Shown here in pieces: positions 47,751 through 57,790 of a stretch of 64,000 bases of DNA (the first letter of the stretch is position 1; each line of letters begins with the position of its first letter). Made by a program: the position numbers and the translations under genes. Source of the stretch: an uncultured Spirochaetota bacterium (GTDB taxonomy: Bacteria; Spirochaetota; Brevinematia; Brevinematales; JAOACQ01). Below the pieces are notes generated by a model that was given only the letters and a program-made list of their open reading frames with translations, was not told the DNA's origin and did not search any database. The stretch is from contig CAWIGG010000002.1 in assembly GCA_963835575.1 (NCBI GenBank), positions 896,001 to 960,000 of the forward strand. The letters run 5' to 3'.

Positions 47751-48497
47751 TTATAATAAATCTGTGTCTTTTTTAATAATGTCTATATCAGCAAAAAGCT
47801 CAAGCTGTCTGAGCATTACCTTTTGCCGGAAACTGAGTTCCAGTCCGCCGAGAAATGATGCGACCTTGTCAACTTTAGTTTTTTCCATTTCGGCTATTTC
47901 ACTGAATTTTATCATTTTTCTGATATTGAGCAGATTTAAAATTTTTATCATTTTTTCTTCTACGCTGACTTCTCTTCTTTTTATTGGAATCGGCTTGCGT
48001 ATAATAGCGCCCTTATACCGCAGGAGGGCCTGGATCAAATCGCCTATTGTCAGTTTATCCATTGCATCTGCCGGTATTGCTGATAATGTATTTCCAGCCG
48101 GGTTCAATGTATAATCGCGGGAATAATAGATATCACCGGCTTCCTTTAGATGCCAAAGATACCGCGCCAGGTATTTGAATTTTTTATACTCCTTGAGCTT
48201 TTCAAGCAGGTCCTTTTCATCCAGAATTTCATCAATATCCTCATCCTTGCTGTTTGGAAGCAGCTTTTTGGTTTTAATATAAACAAGGGTTGCCGCAATA
48301 ACAAAAAATTCCGAGGCAACATCGACATTGAATAGCTGCATGGCTTTCAAATAGATAAGATATTGATCGGTAATACTGGAAAGAGAGATTTCCGTAATAT
48401 CCATTTTCTCATTATGAATCAATTCCAGAAGCAGGTCCATAGGCCCTTCAAAATTTTTCAAGGTCAGGTTGCAGCCCTTTCTCATTACTCCCAGCAT
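47751..48497 (-). CDS. scpA: SMC-Scp complex subunit ScpA
   Basis: FEGPMDLLLELI, ITDQYL, SEFFVIAATLVYIK, FLGGLEL. Confidence 0.93.
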   Translation of the reverse strand: MLGVMRKGCNLTLKNFEGPMDLLLELIHNEKMDITEISLSSITDQYLIYLKAMQLFNVDVASEFFVIAATLVYIKTKKLLPNSKDEDIDEILDEKDLLEKLKEYKKFKYLARYLWHLKEAGDIYYSRDYTLNPAGNTLSAIPADAMDKLTIGDLIQALLRYKGAIIRKPIPIKRREVSVEEKMIKILNLLNIRKMIKFSEIAEMEKTKVDKVASFLGGLELSFRQKVMLRQLELFADIDIIKKDTDLL

Positions 48498-48498
48498 A

Positions 48499-49518
48499 TT
48501 AACTCCCGTAGCGGACTTTTGATGAAAGTCCTATCGCTTCACGCACTTCTTCCATTGTTTTCCTAGCCTCTTCTCCGGCTTTTTTTGCGCCGGCTTTTAA
48601 AATATCATAAATTTTACTTCGATCTTTGACCAATTCCGCTCTTTTTTTCCGGTAATCGGCAAAATAATCCAGTAGAACCGTTATCAGCTTTTTCTTATCA
48701 TCAACACAGCCCATAGCGGAGGATTCACAGTCGCTTCTGATTGTATCAATAAATTTTTTATCCTGACAGAAAGCGAGGTAATAGGGGAAAAGGTTGCATT
48801 CATCGGGATGCCCGGGATCTTTTTTCAAAGCCCGTTTGACATCGGTAACCATTGTCATCACTTTCTTTTTTATAGTTTCTTCATCATCCGAAAGGTAGAT
48901 GGCATTATTATAGGATTTGCTCATTTTTCTTCCGTCAAGGCCGTTCAGTTTTGCGACCTGCGCTAATATCGGCTTGGGTTCAATAAGGACATCTTTCTCA
49001 TAAATATAATTAAACCGTCTGATGATTTCACGGCTTATCTCCAGATGCGGCACCTGGTCTTTTCCAACGGGGACAGCATCGCCTTTGTATAGGGCAATAT
49101 CAGCCGTCTGAAGGACGGGATATCCCAAAAATCCGAGATTGTCCAGGTCCTTGCCCTTTATTTCATCCATTTTTTCTTTGTATGTAGGGTTCCTTTCAAG
49201 CCAGGGAACCGGTGTGATCATAGATAGAAGTGTATACAATTCGCAATGTTCAGGTATGTCGGACTGGAGGAACAAGACTGATTTATCGGGATCAATTCCC
49301 AAAGCCAGCCAGTCGACCACCATCTGGAAAATATATTCCGTAATCTCTTTTTTGTAGCCGCTCTGATTTGAAGTGAGAGAATGCAGATCGGCTATGAAAT
49401 AATAGGTTTCCGGTTTCAGTTTTTCATCATTCTGAAGTTTTACCCAATTCTGCAGCGCCCCGATATAATTACCAAGGTGCAGATAGCCTGTCGGCTGCAT
49501 TCCGCTTAATATACGCAT
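48499..49518 (-). CDS. trpS: Tryptophan--tRNA ligase
   Basis: MRILSGMQPTG.LHLGN, YPVLQTADI, VPVGKDQ, KMSKS. True start is ATG 49518. Confidence 0.97.
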   Translation of the reverse strand: MRILSGMQPTGYLHLGNYIGALQNWVKLQNDEKLKPETYYFIADLHSLTSNQSGYKKEITEYIFQMVVDWLALGIDPDKSVLFLQSDIPEHCELYTLLSMITPVPWLERNPTYKEKMDEIKGKDLDNLGFLGYPVLQTADIALYKGDAVPVGKDQVPHLEISREIIRRFNYIYEKDVLIEPKPILAQVAKLNGLDGRKMSKSYNNAIYLSDDEETIKKKVMTMVTDVKRALKKDPGHPDECNLFPYYLAFCQDKKFIDTIRSDCESSAMGCVDDKKKLITVLLDYFADYRKKRAELVKDRSKIYDILKAGAKKAGEEARKTMEEVREAIGLSSKVRYGS

Positions 49519-49670
49519 GATACTCTCCGCTATATATAGCCCGTTTAAACAGCAAGTTATGCTGAATCCGCGTGCTTGTTTAATTTCAAAGGTATTCAAA
49601 AACCAGCAAATACTTGAAATCCGGGAACATCTTTGTTCCAGTTCCAAAAACCGGGTTTATTGGAACGCTC

Positions 49671-50231
49671 TTAATAATATTTCATTTGAAATGTATAATT
49701 ATCTTTAAACATAACCGTTAAAAAGAAAAAATTGTCCAGCAGGTCTTTTTCTTTATTGCCCCAATGAATATCCACCGCAATATCCGGGCTGATATTTAAA
49801 CCCTTTTTTTTCCAATCATTAAAAGCCCGGTCATAATCTGCAACTTCGCCGTATTCATTTTTATCATACAGGCTGTTAAATAAATTAAATGCTTTAATAA
49901 TATTCTCAAGCATTAAAACCGCATCTTTAATTGAATATTGAAATTCTATAACAAATGATTTATTAAAACAATATTTAACTTCGCTGAAATAATCATCTTT
50001 ATATAATATATTGAATAAAATCTGGTTTTTTTCTATTGCCCGGGAGCTGGTACCCCAGTGCATACGTATAGGTATTCCATTGTATCTCCGGCTCATATCC
50101 TTTGCCCAGCGAAAAAAAATCATATCATATTCAGCCGTTGTGGATTTTGCATGAGAGTCAAAATGCTCATTGAGTATCCTGAACTCATTGATAATCAGCT
50201 TAAAGACAGTTAAAAATTCCTCAAGCTTCAC
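49671..50231 (-). CDS. Hypothetical protein made of two tandem ~95-aa repeats
   Basis: Both halves share II..F.+.N.+(F/Y)D, A(E/D)YD..F..W.K, HWG and KD(D/N)Y....KY. Confidence 0.65.
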   Translation of the reverse strand: MKLEEFLTVFKLIINEFRILNEHFDSHAKSTTAEYDMIFFRWAKDMSRRYNGIPIRMHWGTSSRAIEKNQILFNILYKDDYFSEVKYCFNKSFVIEFQYSIKDAVLMLENIIKAFNLFNSLYDKNEYGEVADYDRAFNDWKKKGLNISPDIAVDIHWGNKEKDLLDNFFFLTVMFKDNYTFQMKYY

Positions 50232-50275
50232 AAATAATTATCCTCTATTTGTTTTTAATTACGACCGGGTTTCAC

Positions 50276-50488
50276 ATATGGGCAGTTCCAAAAACTCAAA
50301 ATCAATCAGATATTTCCAACATAGGTTTTGGAACTGCCCCGGTTATAGAATTCTCTTGTAAATTTAATTGGCGCTACCGTATAGAGTTCGATGGTTGATG
50401 ATCTTTTCAGACAGCGAACTCGGGCGGTAGCATGAACTCATATAATAGCGGCAGTTCTAAATATTTGAGTTTTTAGAACTGCCCATAT
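50276..50488. mobile_element. MITE-like composite element, subtype A, with 25-bp terminal inverted repeats
   Basis: ATATGGGCAGTTCCAAAAACTCAAA versus the inverted TTTGAGTTTTTAGAACTGCCCATAT (24/25). Internal GCTACCG..GAGTTCG..CGAACTC..CGGTAGC palindrome. Confidence 0.7.
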
Positions 50489-50537
50489 TATAAATTATAT
50501 TAAAAATTCCTTCAATAATCTGAATATGAAGAAGTGT

Positions 50538-51713
50538 CTAAATGGATCTTTTATAAAGAGACCTGAGAAATTTCTCTTTCGCTTCCGAAAGTTCAACATT
50601 TCTACGGAGCATAATCTTTCTGGTATCATCAATAAAGCGGTCTATATCATATTTATTGTTTGAACCCCAGCTGAAAGGCGGGGTATAGGCAGGCAGTTTC
50701 CCATTTTCTGAAAAAAGATTGCAGGCCTGGGATATGACTGTACCGGTATTCAGCATTGTACCAATCCCGATTTTTGTATAATCGCCAATGATTGAACCGA
50801 ATTTGTTCGTCCCGGTATCAATCGTGGCTTCTTTTATCTTAATCCTTATATTACCATAGTTGTTCTTAAGATCGCTGGTTGTCGCCATGGCCCCGATATT
50901 AACCCATTCACCGGCATAAGAATGGCCCAGAAAGCCTTCATGATGCTTATTGGAATAATTTTCGACTATAGAGCTTTCAACCTCGCCGCCTATCCGGCAG
51001 ACATCCTTGATTGTTGTGCCGCTTCTGATTTTACCGCTGTCAATGAGTGAATTTTTACCTATATAAGACGGGCCGTCTATAAGTGAGAAAGACCTGACCT
51101 GGGCGCCTTTATCGATAATAATAGGTCCATTATCAGGCTGAAGGGAAACATATTGCTGGATCCTGGCTGTTTTATCGATATAAATACGGTTCTCGGGTGA
51201 AATAAAATTCGTGTCGTTTTTAATGAGAAAAGAATCATATTCTATTGCTTTCGAGTTATTTTTAATAATATCGGTAAGATCGTTCAGGTATATCCCGCTT
51301 TCAATTTCTATAACAGGATATTGTGTGAGAAGGGCGGAAATATCATTATTTATGATTCTTTCGATTAAAGAAAGTTTGATTTCCTCAAGATGTAAATAGA
51401 TAAATTTACCTTCCTTGGTAATCGCGATCTTCTTCATCTGAGGGGAGAGATTTTCGCTGGGAATATACTGAGCGTTGACTACTGTATTAATAGTTTGATT
51501 GGGATTATGATAAATATTCTTTAAAAGTTCTTCCTTAAGAAAAGAAAAAGGCTCTTCTTCAAAACGCAGGGAATATACATTAATATCATGAAATTGTCTC
51601 TTATATCTCTGATATGGAGTAAAAATACCGCAAGTAACATCCCAGATTGGTTTAGAGCTGGTTATAGGAATAAATTTTTTATAATCAAGGCTTTCAATCA
51701 GCAAAACGGGCAT
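50538..51713 (-). CDS. GlmU-related putative sugar-nucleotidyl/acetyltransferase (hexapeptide repeat)
   Basis: PIT.SKP...+.CGIFT; GPIIIDKGA; RIGGEVE.SI...YSNKHHEGFLGHSY.GEWVNIGA.TTSDLKNNY. AGGAGG before ATG 51713. Confidence 0.85.
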   Translation of the reverse strand: MPVLLIESLDYKKFIPITSSKPIWDVTCGIFTPYQRYKRQFHDINVYSLRFEEEPFSFLKEELLKNIYHNPNQTINTVVNAQYIPSENLSPQMKKIAITKEGKFIYLHLEEIKLSLIERIINNDISALLTQYPVIEIESGIYLNDLTDIIKNNSKAIEYDSFLIKNDTNFISPENRIYIDKTARIQQYVSLQPDNGPIIIDKGAQVRSFSLIDGPSYIGKNSLIDSGKIRSGTTIKDVCRIGGEVESSIVENYSNKHHEGFLGHSYAGEWVNIGAMATTSDLKNNYGNIRIKIKEATIDTGTNKFGSIIGDYTKIGIGTMLNTGTVISQACNLFSENGKLPAYTPPFSWGSNNKYDIDRFIDDTRKIMLRRNVELSEAKEKFLRSLYKRSI

Positions 51714-51749
51714 AGCGCCTCCTGAATGATCTTTCAATAGACTTCATAT

Positions 51750-52286
51750 TTAAAACAATTGATTCTTTATAAATATATCATAATCTTTTTGAGCAAAAAA
51801 TATTAAATGGATAATTAATTCTGTTTTATTCTCAGAAATGAAATTCTTTAATGTTTCCGAGACTATTCCAGCGGCTCTTTCGGCAGGAAATCCGTAAATA
51901 CCTGTTGATATGGCGGGAAAAGCGATGGATTTGCAGTTCAGCCGTACAGCCTCTTTCAATGAATTAAAATAAGAATTTCTCAGAAGTTCATCTTCGTTTT
52001 GAGAACCGTCATGCCACACAGGGCCGACAGCGTGTATCACCCATTTTGCCGGAAGAAGACCGGCTGTTGTCGCAGCGGCTTTGCCGGCCGGTAAGCCGTC
52101 AGGATAGAGATTTTTTCTAATATTCCGGCATTCCTCTAAAATTCCCGGCCCGCCTTTTCTGTGTATAGCCCCGTCGACACCCCCGCCGCCCATCAAGCTT
52201 GAATTGGCCGCGTTGACTATAGCATCGGCCTTCTGTTCTGTAATATCGCCGACGGAAGCGATAACCTGATCGTTTAAATATTTCAT
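51750..52286 (-). CDS. Macro-domain O-acetyl-ADP-ribose deacetylase (YmdB-like)
   Basis: GDIT...DAIVNAANSSLMGGGGVDGAIH, VIHAVGP, AFPAISTGIYGFP. Confidence 0.93.
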   Translation of the reverse strand: MKYLNDQVIASVGDITEQKADAIVNAANSSLMGGGGVDGAIHRKGGPGILEECRNIRKNLYPDGLPAGKAAATTAGLLPAKWVIHAVGPVWHDGSQNEDELLRNSYFNSLKEAVRLNCKSIAFPAISTGIYGFPAERAAGIVSETLKNFISENKTELIIHLIFFAQKDYDIFIKNQLF

Positions 52287-52318
52287 TATTAAACCTTTAC
52301 ATTGTTGTTCAGTGTTTT

Positions 52319-52454
52319 GCAGTCCCTCACCATTTTGAGAGTTCCCCTCGTTCAGCTTGACAAAAAGGTGAGGAACTGCGGCATTTAAATTAACCAAAAA
52401 GTTTATTAAACCCAGTGCAGTTCCAAAAAATCTATATGTTTTTGGAACTGCACT
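52319..52454. repeat. Composite palindromic element, subtype B
   Basis: GCAGTCCCTCACC...GGTGAGGAACTGC hairpin (first 19 nt are 17/19 identical to 14821), followed by AGTGCAGTTCCAAAAA...TTTTTGGAACTGCACT. Confidence 0.72.
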
Positions 52455-52496
52455 TTATATCTAAAATTATACTGATTAAAAAAATCTCTGTCAAAC

Positions 52497-52523
52497 TAAT
52501 CAGAATTTGTGGTTTTCCGATAA
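52497..52523 (+). promoter_or_regulatory. Sigma-28-type promoter of flgB
   Basis: TAAT-N15-TCCGATAA, 38 bp before the flgB ATG. Confidence 0.65.
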
Positions 52524-52561
52524 ATTTAAAGAGAAGAATAAAAAGTTGAAAGGAGAAATCT

Positions 52562-52984
52562 ATGTTCTTTGGAATCAATACGGATTATGGAAAGAAAATG
52601 CAGATGATGGAAATGGCCTTAAATGCAAATTCGCTCAGACGGGACGTGATCGCGGATAATATCGCCAACGCCGATACTCCGTTCTTTAAAAGATCGGAAG
52701 TGACATTTGAATCACAGCTTCAAAGGGCCATTGAGTCTGAAAAAGAACCTGAATTTCCTACTCTTCTGACCGACGAAAAGCATATAGACTTTAACGAAAA
52801 GATTGATTACAGGGGTGTAAAGCCCAGGATAGCTGTCGAATTTGATTCCATCAGCAAGAACGATAAAAACAATGTGGACATAGATAAAGAAATGACAGAC
52901 GCGACAAAAAACGCGCTTCAGTATAATGCGTTAATGGAAAGCTATTCAAGAAATGTTAAGATTCTTGATTATGTTATGAGATAG
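52562..52984 (+). CDS. flgB: Flagellar basal-body rod protein FlgB
   Basis: [32 protein letters not shown]. Confidence 0.95.
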   Translation: MFFGINTDYGKKMQMMEMALNANSLRRDVIADNIANADTPFFKRSEVTFESQLQRAIESEKEPEFPTLLTDEKHIDFNEKIDYRGVKPRIAVEFDSISKNDKNNVDIDKEMTDATKNALQYNALMESYSRNVKILDYVMR

Positions 52985-52994
52985 GGAGGGAATT

Positions 52995-53450
52995 ATGGGA
53001 TTATTCGGTACTCTTAATGTCAGCGGCAGCGGCCTGACGGCACAAAGGTTAAGACTCGATGTGATTGCAAATAATATAGCCAATTCAACGACAACAAGGA
53101 CTACGGACGGCGGGCCTTTCCAGCGTTCAAGGGTTGTTTTAAGGCCTATTGACGACAGCCTGACTTTTAAATCATACTTACTCCCGGACAATATTAAAAA
53201 GCAGGTCGGCGAAGGCGTAAAAGTAATAAAAATTGAAAAAGATGAAAAACCGCCGAGAATGGTTTATGATCCGACCCATCCGGATGCCGTACAGTCAGGC
53301 AAATGGAAGGGCTATGTTATGTATCCAAATGTTAATATAGTTGAAGAAATGGTGGATATGATCTCGGCGAACCGTAGTTATGAAGCTAATGTGACAATGA
53401 TAAACTCAGCCAGGCAGATGTTTGAAAAGGCTTTAAGTATAGGAAAATAA
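52995..53450 (+). CDS. flgC: Flagellar basal-body rod protein FlgC
   Basis: [49 protein letters not shown]. Confidence 0.97.
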   Translation: MGLFGTLNVSGSGLTAQRLRLDVIANNIANSTTTRTTDGGPFQRSRVVLRPIDDSLTFKSYLLPDNIKKQVGEGVKVIKIEKDEKPPRMVYDPTHPDAVQSGKWKGYVMYPNVNIVEEMVDMISANRSYEANVTMINSARQMFEKALSIGK

Positions 53451-53542
53451 ATGAAAAAATAAATTAAAAAAAAGCTTGCATTATTTAAAATATTAGTCAT
53501 AATAATAGTAGTTAAAAAATTACTACGAAAGAGGAGGGGAAA

Positions 53543-53875
53543 ATGCAAATCTATTCACGTGAACAAGTAACAGGCAATAAGCTTGATATGCTTACTACAG
53601 ACGCGCTCCATTTCAACGATAAGGGCATCACTTCACAAAAGAAAGGCGATCCGGTTCAATCCTTTTCACAAGTATTATTCAATGCTGTGGATCAGTCCAA
53701 TGATCTGCAGTTGGAATCGGATAATCTTGAACAAAAGATGATTCTCAATCCCGAAGAGGTTGATATCCATGCTGTTATGATCGCCTCGGAAAAAGCCAGG
53801 CTGTCAATATCTTTTTTAAAAAGCATCACTGAAAAAGCTTTAAGGGCTTATAATGATATCATGATGTTGAGATAG
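53543..53875 (+). CDS. fliE: Flagellar hook-basal body protein FliE
   Basis: SFSQVLFNAVD, DIHAVMIASEKARLS, RAYNDIM. Confidence 0.92.
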   Translation: MQIYSREQVTGNKLDMLTTDALHFNDKGITSQKKGDPVQSFSQVLFNAVDQSNDLQLESDNLEQKMILNPEEVDIHAVMIASEKARLSISFLKSITEKALRAYNDIMMLR

Positions 53876-53894
53876 TTTTTGGGAGGAGGGGAGC

Positions 53895-55598
53895 ATGCCG
53901 AATTTTAGTGAAATATTAAACAAAATCCAGGAAATGTTCAATAAATTAACACTTATTCAGAAAGTTATTCTGGGCGTAATAGTTCTTGCGATTATTGGTT
54001 CTATTATCTTTCTTGCCAATTTTTCCACTAAGCAAAGCTACTCAATGCTGTATAAATCGCCTCTTTCGCCTGAAGAATACGCCCGCGTAACAAAAAAACT
54101 CGGTGAATGGAGTGTGAAATTTGAAACAAAAGATGATAAATTTATTCTATTGAAAGATGAAAATCAAAGCAGAACAATCAGGATGAGGCTGGGCCAGGAA
54201 GGCATCATACCCACAAGCGTTAAGGGATGGGAATTATTCGATACCCAGAAATTCACCACCACTGATTTTGAACGGAACGTCAATCTTCAAAGGGCTATCA
54301 TCGGCGAAATGATAAAGCATTTAAAAAGCATTGACGATATTGAGGATGTCAGTATTGAAATCAGTTTTCCAAAGGAATCCCTCTATTCGGATTATCAGGC
54401 GCCGACAACGGCTTCAGTTTTAATCACACCAAAACCTTACAGCGATTTTGTCGAAAATAAAAACAAAGTCAAGGGAATAGTCAATTTAGTCGCGTACGGA
54501 ATACCCAATTTAAAGCCTGAAAATATTGTGGTCGTTGATAATAAAGGAAATGTATTGTCCGATCTCCTCATACCGGATGAAGGTACGGAAGCCTTGAAAC
54601 TTGCCAGAGAACATCTTAAAATAAAGGAAAGAGAAAGAGCAATCCTTATTGCAAGGATCAAGGATTCATTAAAAGAATCCATTAATTCAGAAAGATTGAT
54701 ATTATCGGCTGATATTGAATTCGACTGGACTAAGAAAAAGTCTGAATCCGATAAAATTATTCCGACAGTGGTTAAGGAAAGGGATCCGACGCTGGCTTAT
54801 GATAACAGTGAAGTCCAGGTGAATGTGCCGGTCAGTGAGAAAAAAACAACTGAAGATTTTCAGGGTCCCGCATATGTTCCTGAAGGGCCGGCCGGAGTGG
54901 AAAATAATGTGCCGCCGGCTTTAAAAGATAAAATGGACAAGTTTACTCATTATACAAAAAATGAGAATCTTGTCAATTATCAGAACAGCAAAGAAAAGAC
55001 CCAGGAAGAAAAAGCCCCTTATGAAATAAAAAGGGTATCCGTGGCTGTTGCCATAGACGGTATCTGGGAAATTATGAGAAAAGATGACGGCGATCCCATT
55101 ATAACAAATGGAGGAAGGATCGTTAGAACATATCATCCGGTAGATACTGAAAGTTTAAGGAATTTTGAAGAATGGGTAAAAGCTGCTGTTAATTATGATA
55201 TAAGACGCGGTGATGATGTTGTTGTCAGAACAATTTCATTTGATCATACAAAGGAATTTGAAAAAGAAGACGAAGGAATAAGAAGAAAGATACAGCTGCG
55301 GAGAACGCTCCTTGCGTCTATTGTTGTTTTATTCTTCCTCTTCCTTGCTACTCTGGCATACAGAGCTATTGCAAGGGAAATCGAGAGGAGAAGAAGGCTT
55401 AGAGAAGAAGAAATCGCGCGTCAGCAGCAGGCTATGAGGGAAGCGGCTTTAAGGGCGGCTGAAGAAGAAGCGGCTACCGTGGAGTTGTCTATAGAAGAAA
55501 AAGCCAGGGCCGAATTGCTTGAAAACGCCATTAATATATCGAGGGAACGGCCTGATGATGTGGCACGGCTGATAAGAACCTGGCTGGCTGAGGAATAG
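53895..55598 (+). CDS. fliF: Flagellar MS-ring protein FliF
   Basis: Two TM helices, GWELFD...TTDFERNVNLQRAI.GE, PTTASV, PDDVARLIRTWL. Confidence 0.95.
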   Translation: MPNFSEILNKIQEMFNKLTLIQKVILGVIVLAIIGSIIFLANFSTKQSYSMLYKSPLSPEEYARVTKKLGEWSVKFETKDDKFILLKDENQSRTIRMRLGQEGIIPTSVKGWELFDTQKFTTTDFERNVNLQRAIIGEMIKHLKSIDDIEDVSIEISFPKESLYSDYQAPTTASVLITPKPYSDFVENKNKVKGIVNLVAYGIPNLKPENIVVVDNKGNVLSDLLIPDEGTEALKLAREHLKIKERERAILIARIKDSLKESINSERLILSADIEFDWTKKKSESDKIIPTVVKERDPTLAYDNSEVQVNVPVSEKKTTEDFQGPAYVPEGPAGVENNVPPALKDKMDKFTHYTKNENLVNYQNSKEKTQEEKAPYEIKRVSVAVAIDGIWEIMRKDDGDPIITNGGRIVRTYHPVDTESLRNFEEWVKAAVNYDIRRGDDVVVRTISFDHTKEFEKEDEGIRRKIQLRRTLLASIVVLFFLFLATLAYRAIAREIERRRRLREEEIARQQQAMREAALRAAEEEAATVELSIEEKARAELLENAINISRERPDDVARLIRTWLAEE

Positions 55599-55608
55599 GA
55601 GGGGTAAT

Positions 55609-56730
55609 ATGGCAGATAGAGATAGAATGACATCACTTGCGGATCAGGAAACTTCAGCTACCGCTGAACAGCAGACATCGGCTTTTCAGCATAAAGCTCC
55701 GAAAACACTGGCCGGAAAGAGAGAAAAGAAAAAAGCTCTGACAGGCAGGGAGAAAGCGGCGGTTTTTCTTGTTTCCATAGGTCCTGAAGTTTCCGCGGAT
55801 ATATTTAAGCATTTAAAAGAAGATGAAGTCGAAGAATTGACATTTGAGATAGCGAGAATAGACAGGGTAAATTCTGAAGAAAGAGATACTGTGCTGATGG
55901 AATTCCAGGAATTGATGATGGCCCAGGATTTCATAGTGAACGGCGGTGTTGATTACGCGCGTGAAGTACTGGAAAGAGCGCTGGGCACACAAAAAGCTGT
56001 TGATATTATCAACAGACTGACCTCTTCTCTGCAGACCAAGCCTTTCGATTTTATCAGAAGAACAGACCCTGTCCATCTTATTAACTTTATACAGAATGAG
56101 CATCCGCAGACAATAGCCCTTATTTTGTCTTATCTTGACTCTCAGAAAGCGGCCCATATTATCAGCGCGCTGCCGCATGAAATACAGGCTGATGTGGCTA
56201 AAAGAATTGCGACGATGGATAGAACTTCTCCGGAAATTTTAAGAGAAGTGGAAAGAGTTCTGGAAAGGAAACTTTCAACGCTAGCCAGCGAAGATTATAC
56301 TTCGGCCGGCGGTATAGACTCTGTTGTTGCGATACTGAACAATGCGGACAGATCGACTGAAAGAAATATCATTGAAGCTCTTGAAGAAGATGATCCCGAC
56401 CTTGCAGAGGAAATCAAGAAGAAAATGTTTGTGTTTGAAGATGTTATAACTCTTGATGACCGTTCGATTCAAAAAGTGCTGAGACATGTGGACACATCGG
56501 ATCTTGCAAAGGCTTTAAAGGCCGTTGATCCCGAAGTTCAGGATAAAATATACAGAAATATGTCAAAGAGGGCCGCACAAATGCTCAAGGAAGATATGGA
56601 ATATATGGGCCCGATCCGTTTAAAAGATGTGGAAGAAGCACAGCAGAAAATTGTAAATATTATCAGAAAATTAGAGGAGCAGGGAGAAATTGTATTATCC
56701 AGGAATGCTGAAGACGAAATTATTGTTTAA
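55609..56730 (+). CDS. fliG: Flagellar motor switch protein FliG
   Basis: GREKAAVFL, GGVDYAREVL, EHPQTIALILS, MFVFED, RNMSKRA. Confidence 0.97.
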   Translation: MADRDRMTSLADQETSATAEQQTSAFQHKAPKTLAGKREKKKALTGREKAAVFLVSIGPEVSADIFKHLKEDEVEELTFEIARIDRVNSEERDTVLMEFQELMMAQDFIVNGGVDYAREVLERALGTQKAVDIINRLTSSLQTKPFDFIRRTDPVHLINFIQNEHPQTIALILSYLDSQKAAHIISALPHEIQADVAKRIATMDRTSPEILREVERVLERKLSTLASEDYTSAGGIDSVVAILNNADRSTERNIIEALEEDDPDLAEEIKKKMFVFEDVITLDDRSIQKVLRHVDTSDLAKALKAVDPEVQDKIYRNMSKRAAQMLKEDMEYMGPIRLKDVEEAQQKIVNIIRKLEEQGEIVLSRNAEDEIIV

Positions 56731-56753
56731 GTTCTCTTTATAGGGAGTATTTT

Positions 56754-57779
56754 ATGGCAAATTCATACGGTAATGTCCATTCAAAAATACTGAGATCCGG
56801 GCAATATATAATAGAAGACACAAAATTTGTTGTTCAAGCTCCAAGAGTGTTTAAAAAGACAAAAGATCAGGATGTTGATGAATCCAGTAAAAGAATAGAC
56901 GATTTACGGAATGAGATTAAAGCTCTGGAAAATGAAATTGCGGCAAAACTGGAAAGCAGCGAAAAAGAAGCAAGCGATATCATTGCCAGGGCAGAATCAG
57001 ACGCGGAAAAGATTGTTAAAGAAGCGGAAAAAAATGCCTTTGAAAGGGTAAGAAAATCTCTTGAAGAAAAGGAAACCGCTGTTCAGAGCCAGCAGACAGA
57101 CGCAGAACATATTATAAGTGAAGCGAAAGAACAGGCAGAAGACATTTTAAGAAAAGCAAATGATGAATTGAACAAAGCAAAGGAAGCGGCAAGAAAGGAA
57201 GCCTTAGAAACTGGAAGGGACCAGGGTTATGAAGAGGGTAAAAGTGAAATCGTCAGTATGGTTGAGAGGCTTAAGTCGATCATTGCCATCACTATAAAAG
57301 AAAGAGAGAGGATTCTTATTCATAGTGAAAGGCAGATAATGGGTCTTGTGCTGACCATGGTAAAAAAAGTAGTTAAAAAGATAACCCAGGAAGATGCGAA
57401 AGTTGTCATGAATAACACAAAAGAAGTGCTTTCCATTGTGCGAGGCGCAATGATGGTTTATATTCATGTTAATCATGATGATTTCAACTTTGTTACAAAG
57501 CATAAAGACGAATTAATAAAAATGATAGAAGGAATGCCGGAAGTCAAAATACTGGAAGATCCGACTGTTGATAGAGGCGGCGCTTATATTGAAACTGATA
57601 TCGGTGAAATTGACGCCAGAATTTCTACACAACTGGAAGAAATAGAGAATAAGATTAAATTTTATGTTCCAATTAAGGTGCAGGGAAAAATGGCTGATAA
57701 AAAAGATGAAGATTATATTCCCCAAGATGAAGTTAAAGAAGATCTATTGGAGGAAAATGAATCCCTTCGAGAAAAATAA
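56754..57779 (+). CDS. fliH: Flagellar assembly protein FliH
   Basis: Long coiled coil, GxxxG repeats (GRDQGYEEG), VDRGGAYIETDIGEIDARISTQL. Confidence 0.92.
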   Translation: MANSYGNVHSKILRSGQYIIEDTKFVVQAPRVFKKTKDQDVDESSKRIDDLRNEIKALENEIAAKLESSEKEASDIIARAESDAEKIVKEAEKNAFERVRKSLEEKETAVQSQQTDAEHIISEAKEQAEDILRKANDELNKAKEAARKEALETGRDQGYEEGKSEIVSMVERLKSIIAITIKERERILIHSERQIMGLVLTMVKKVVKKITQEDAKVVMNNTKEVLSIVRGAMMVYIHVNHDDFNFVTKHKDELIKMIEGMPEVKILEDPTVDRGGAYIETDIGEIDARISTQLEEIENKIKFYVPIKVQGKMADKKDEDYIPQDEVKEDLLEENESLREK

Positions 57780-57790
57780 GGATTAAATAT

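Noticed and set aside
49519..49670. T-box or attenuator before trpS, and the 43-aa N-terminal extension in the ORF track
   Set aside because: No T-box consensus is visible. The structure resembles decayed repeat-family ends, and TrpS homology starts at ATG 49518.
52287..52397. N-terminal extension of the macro-domain protein
   Set aside because: It runs through the palindromic repeat from a TTG with no RBS; the domain starts at ATG 52286.
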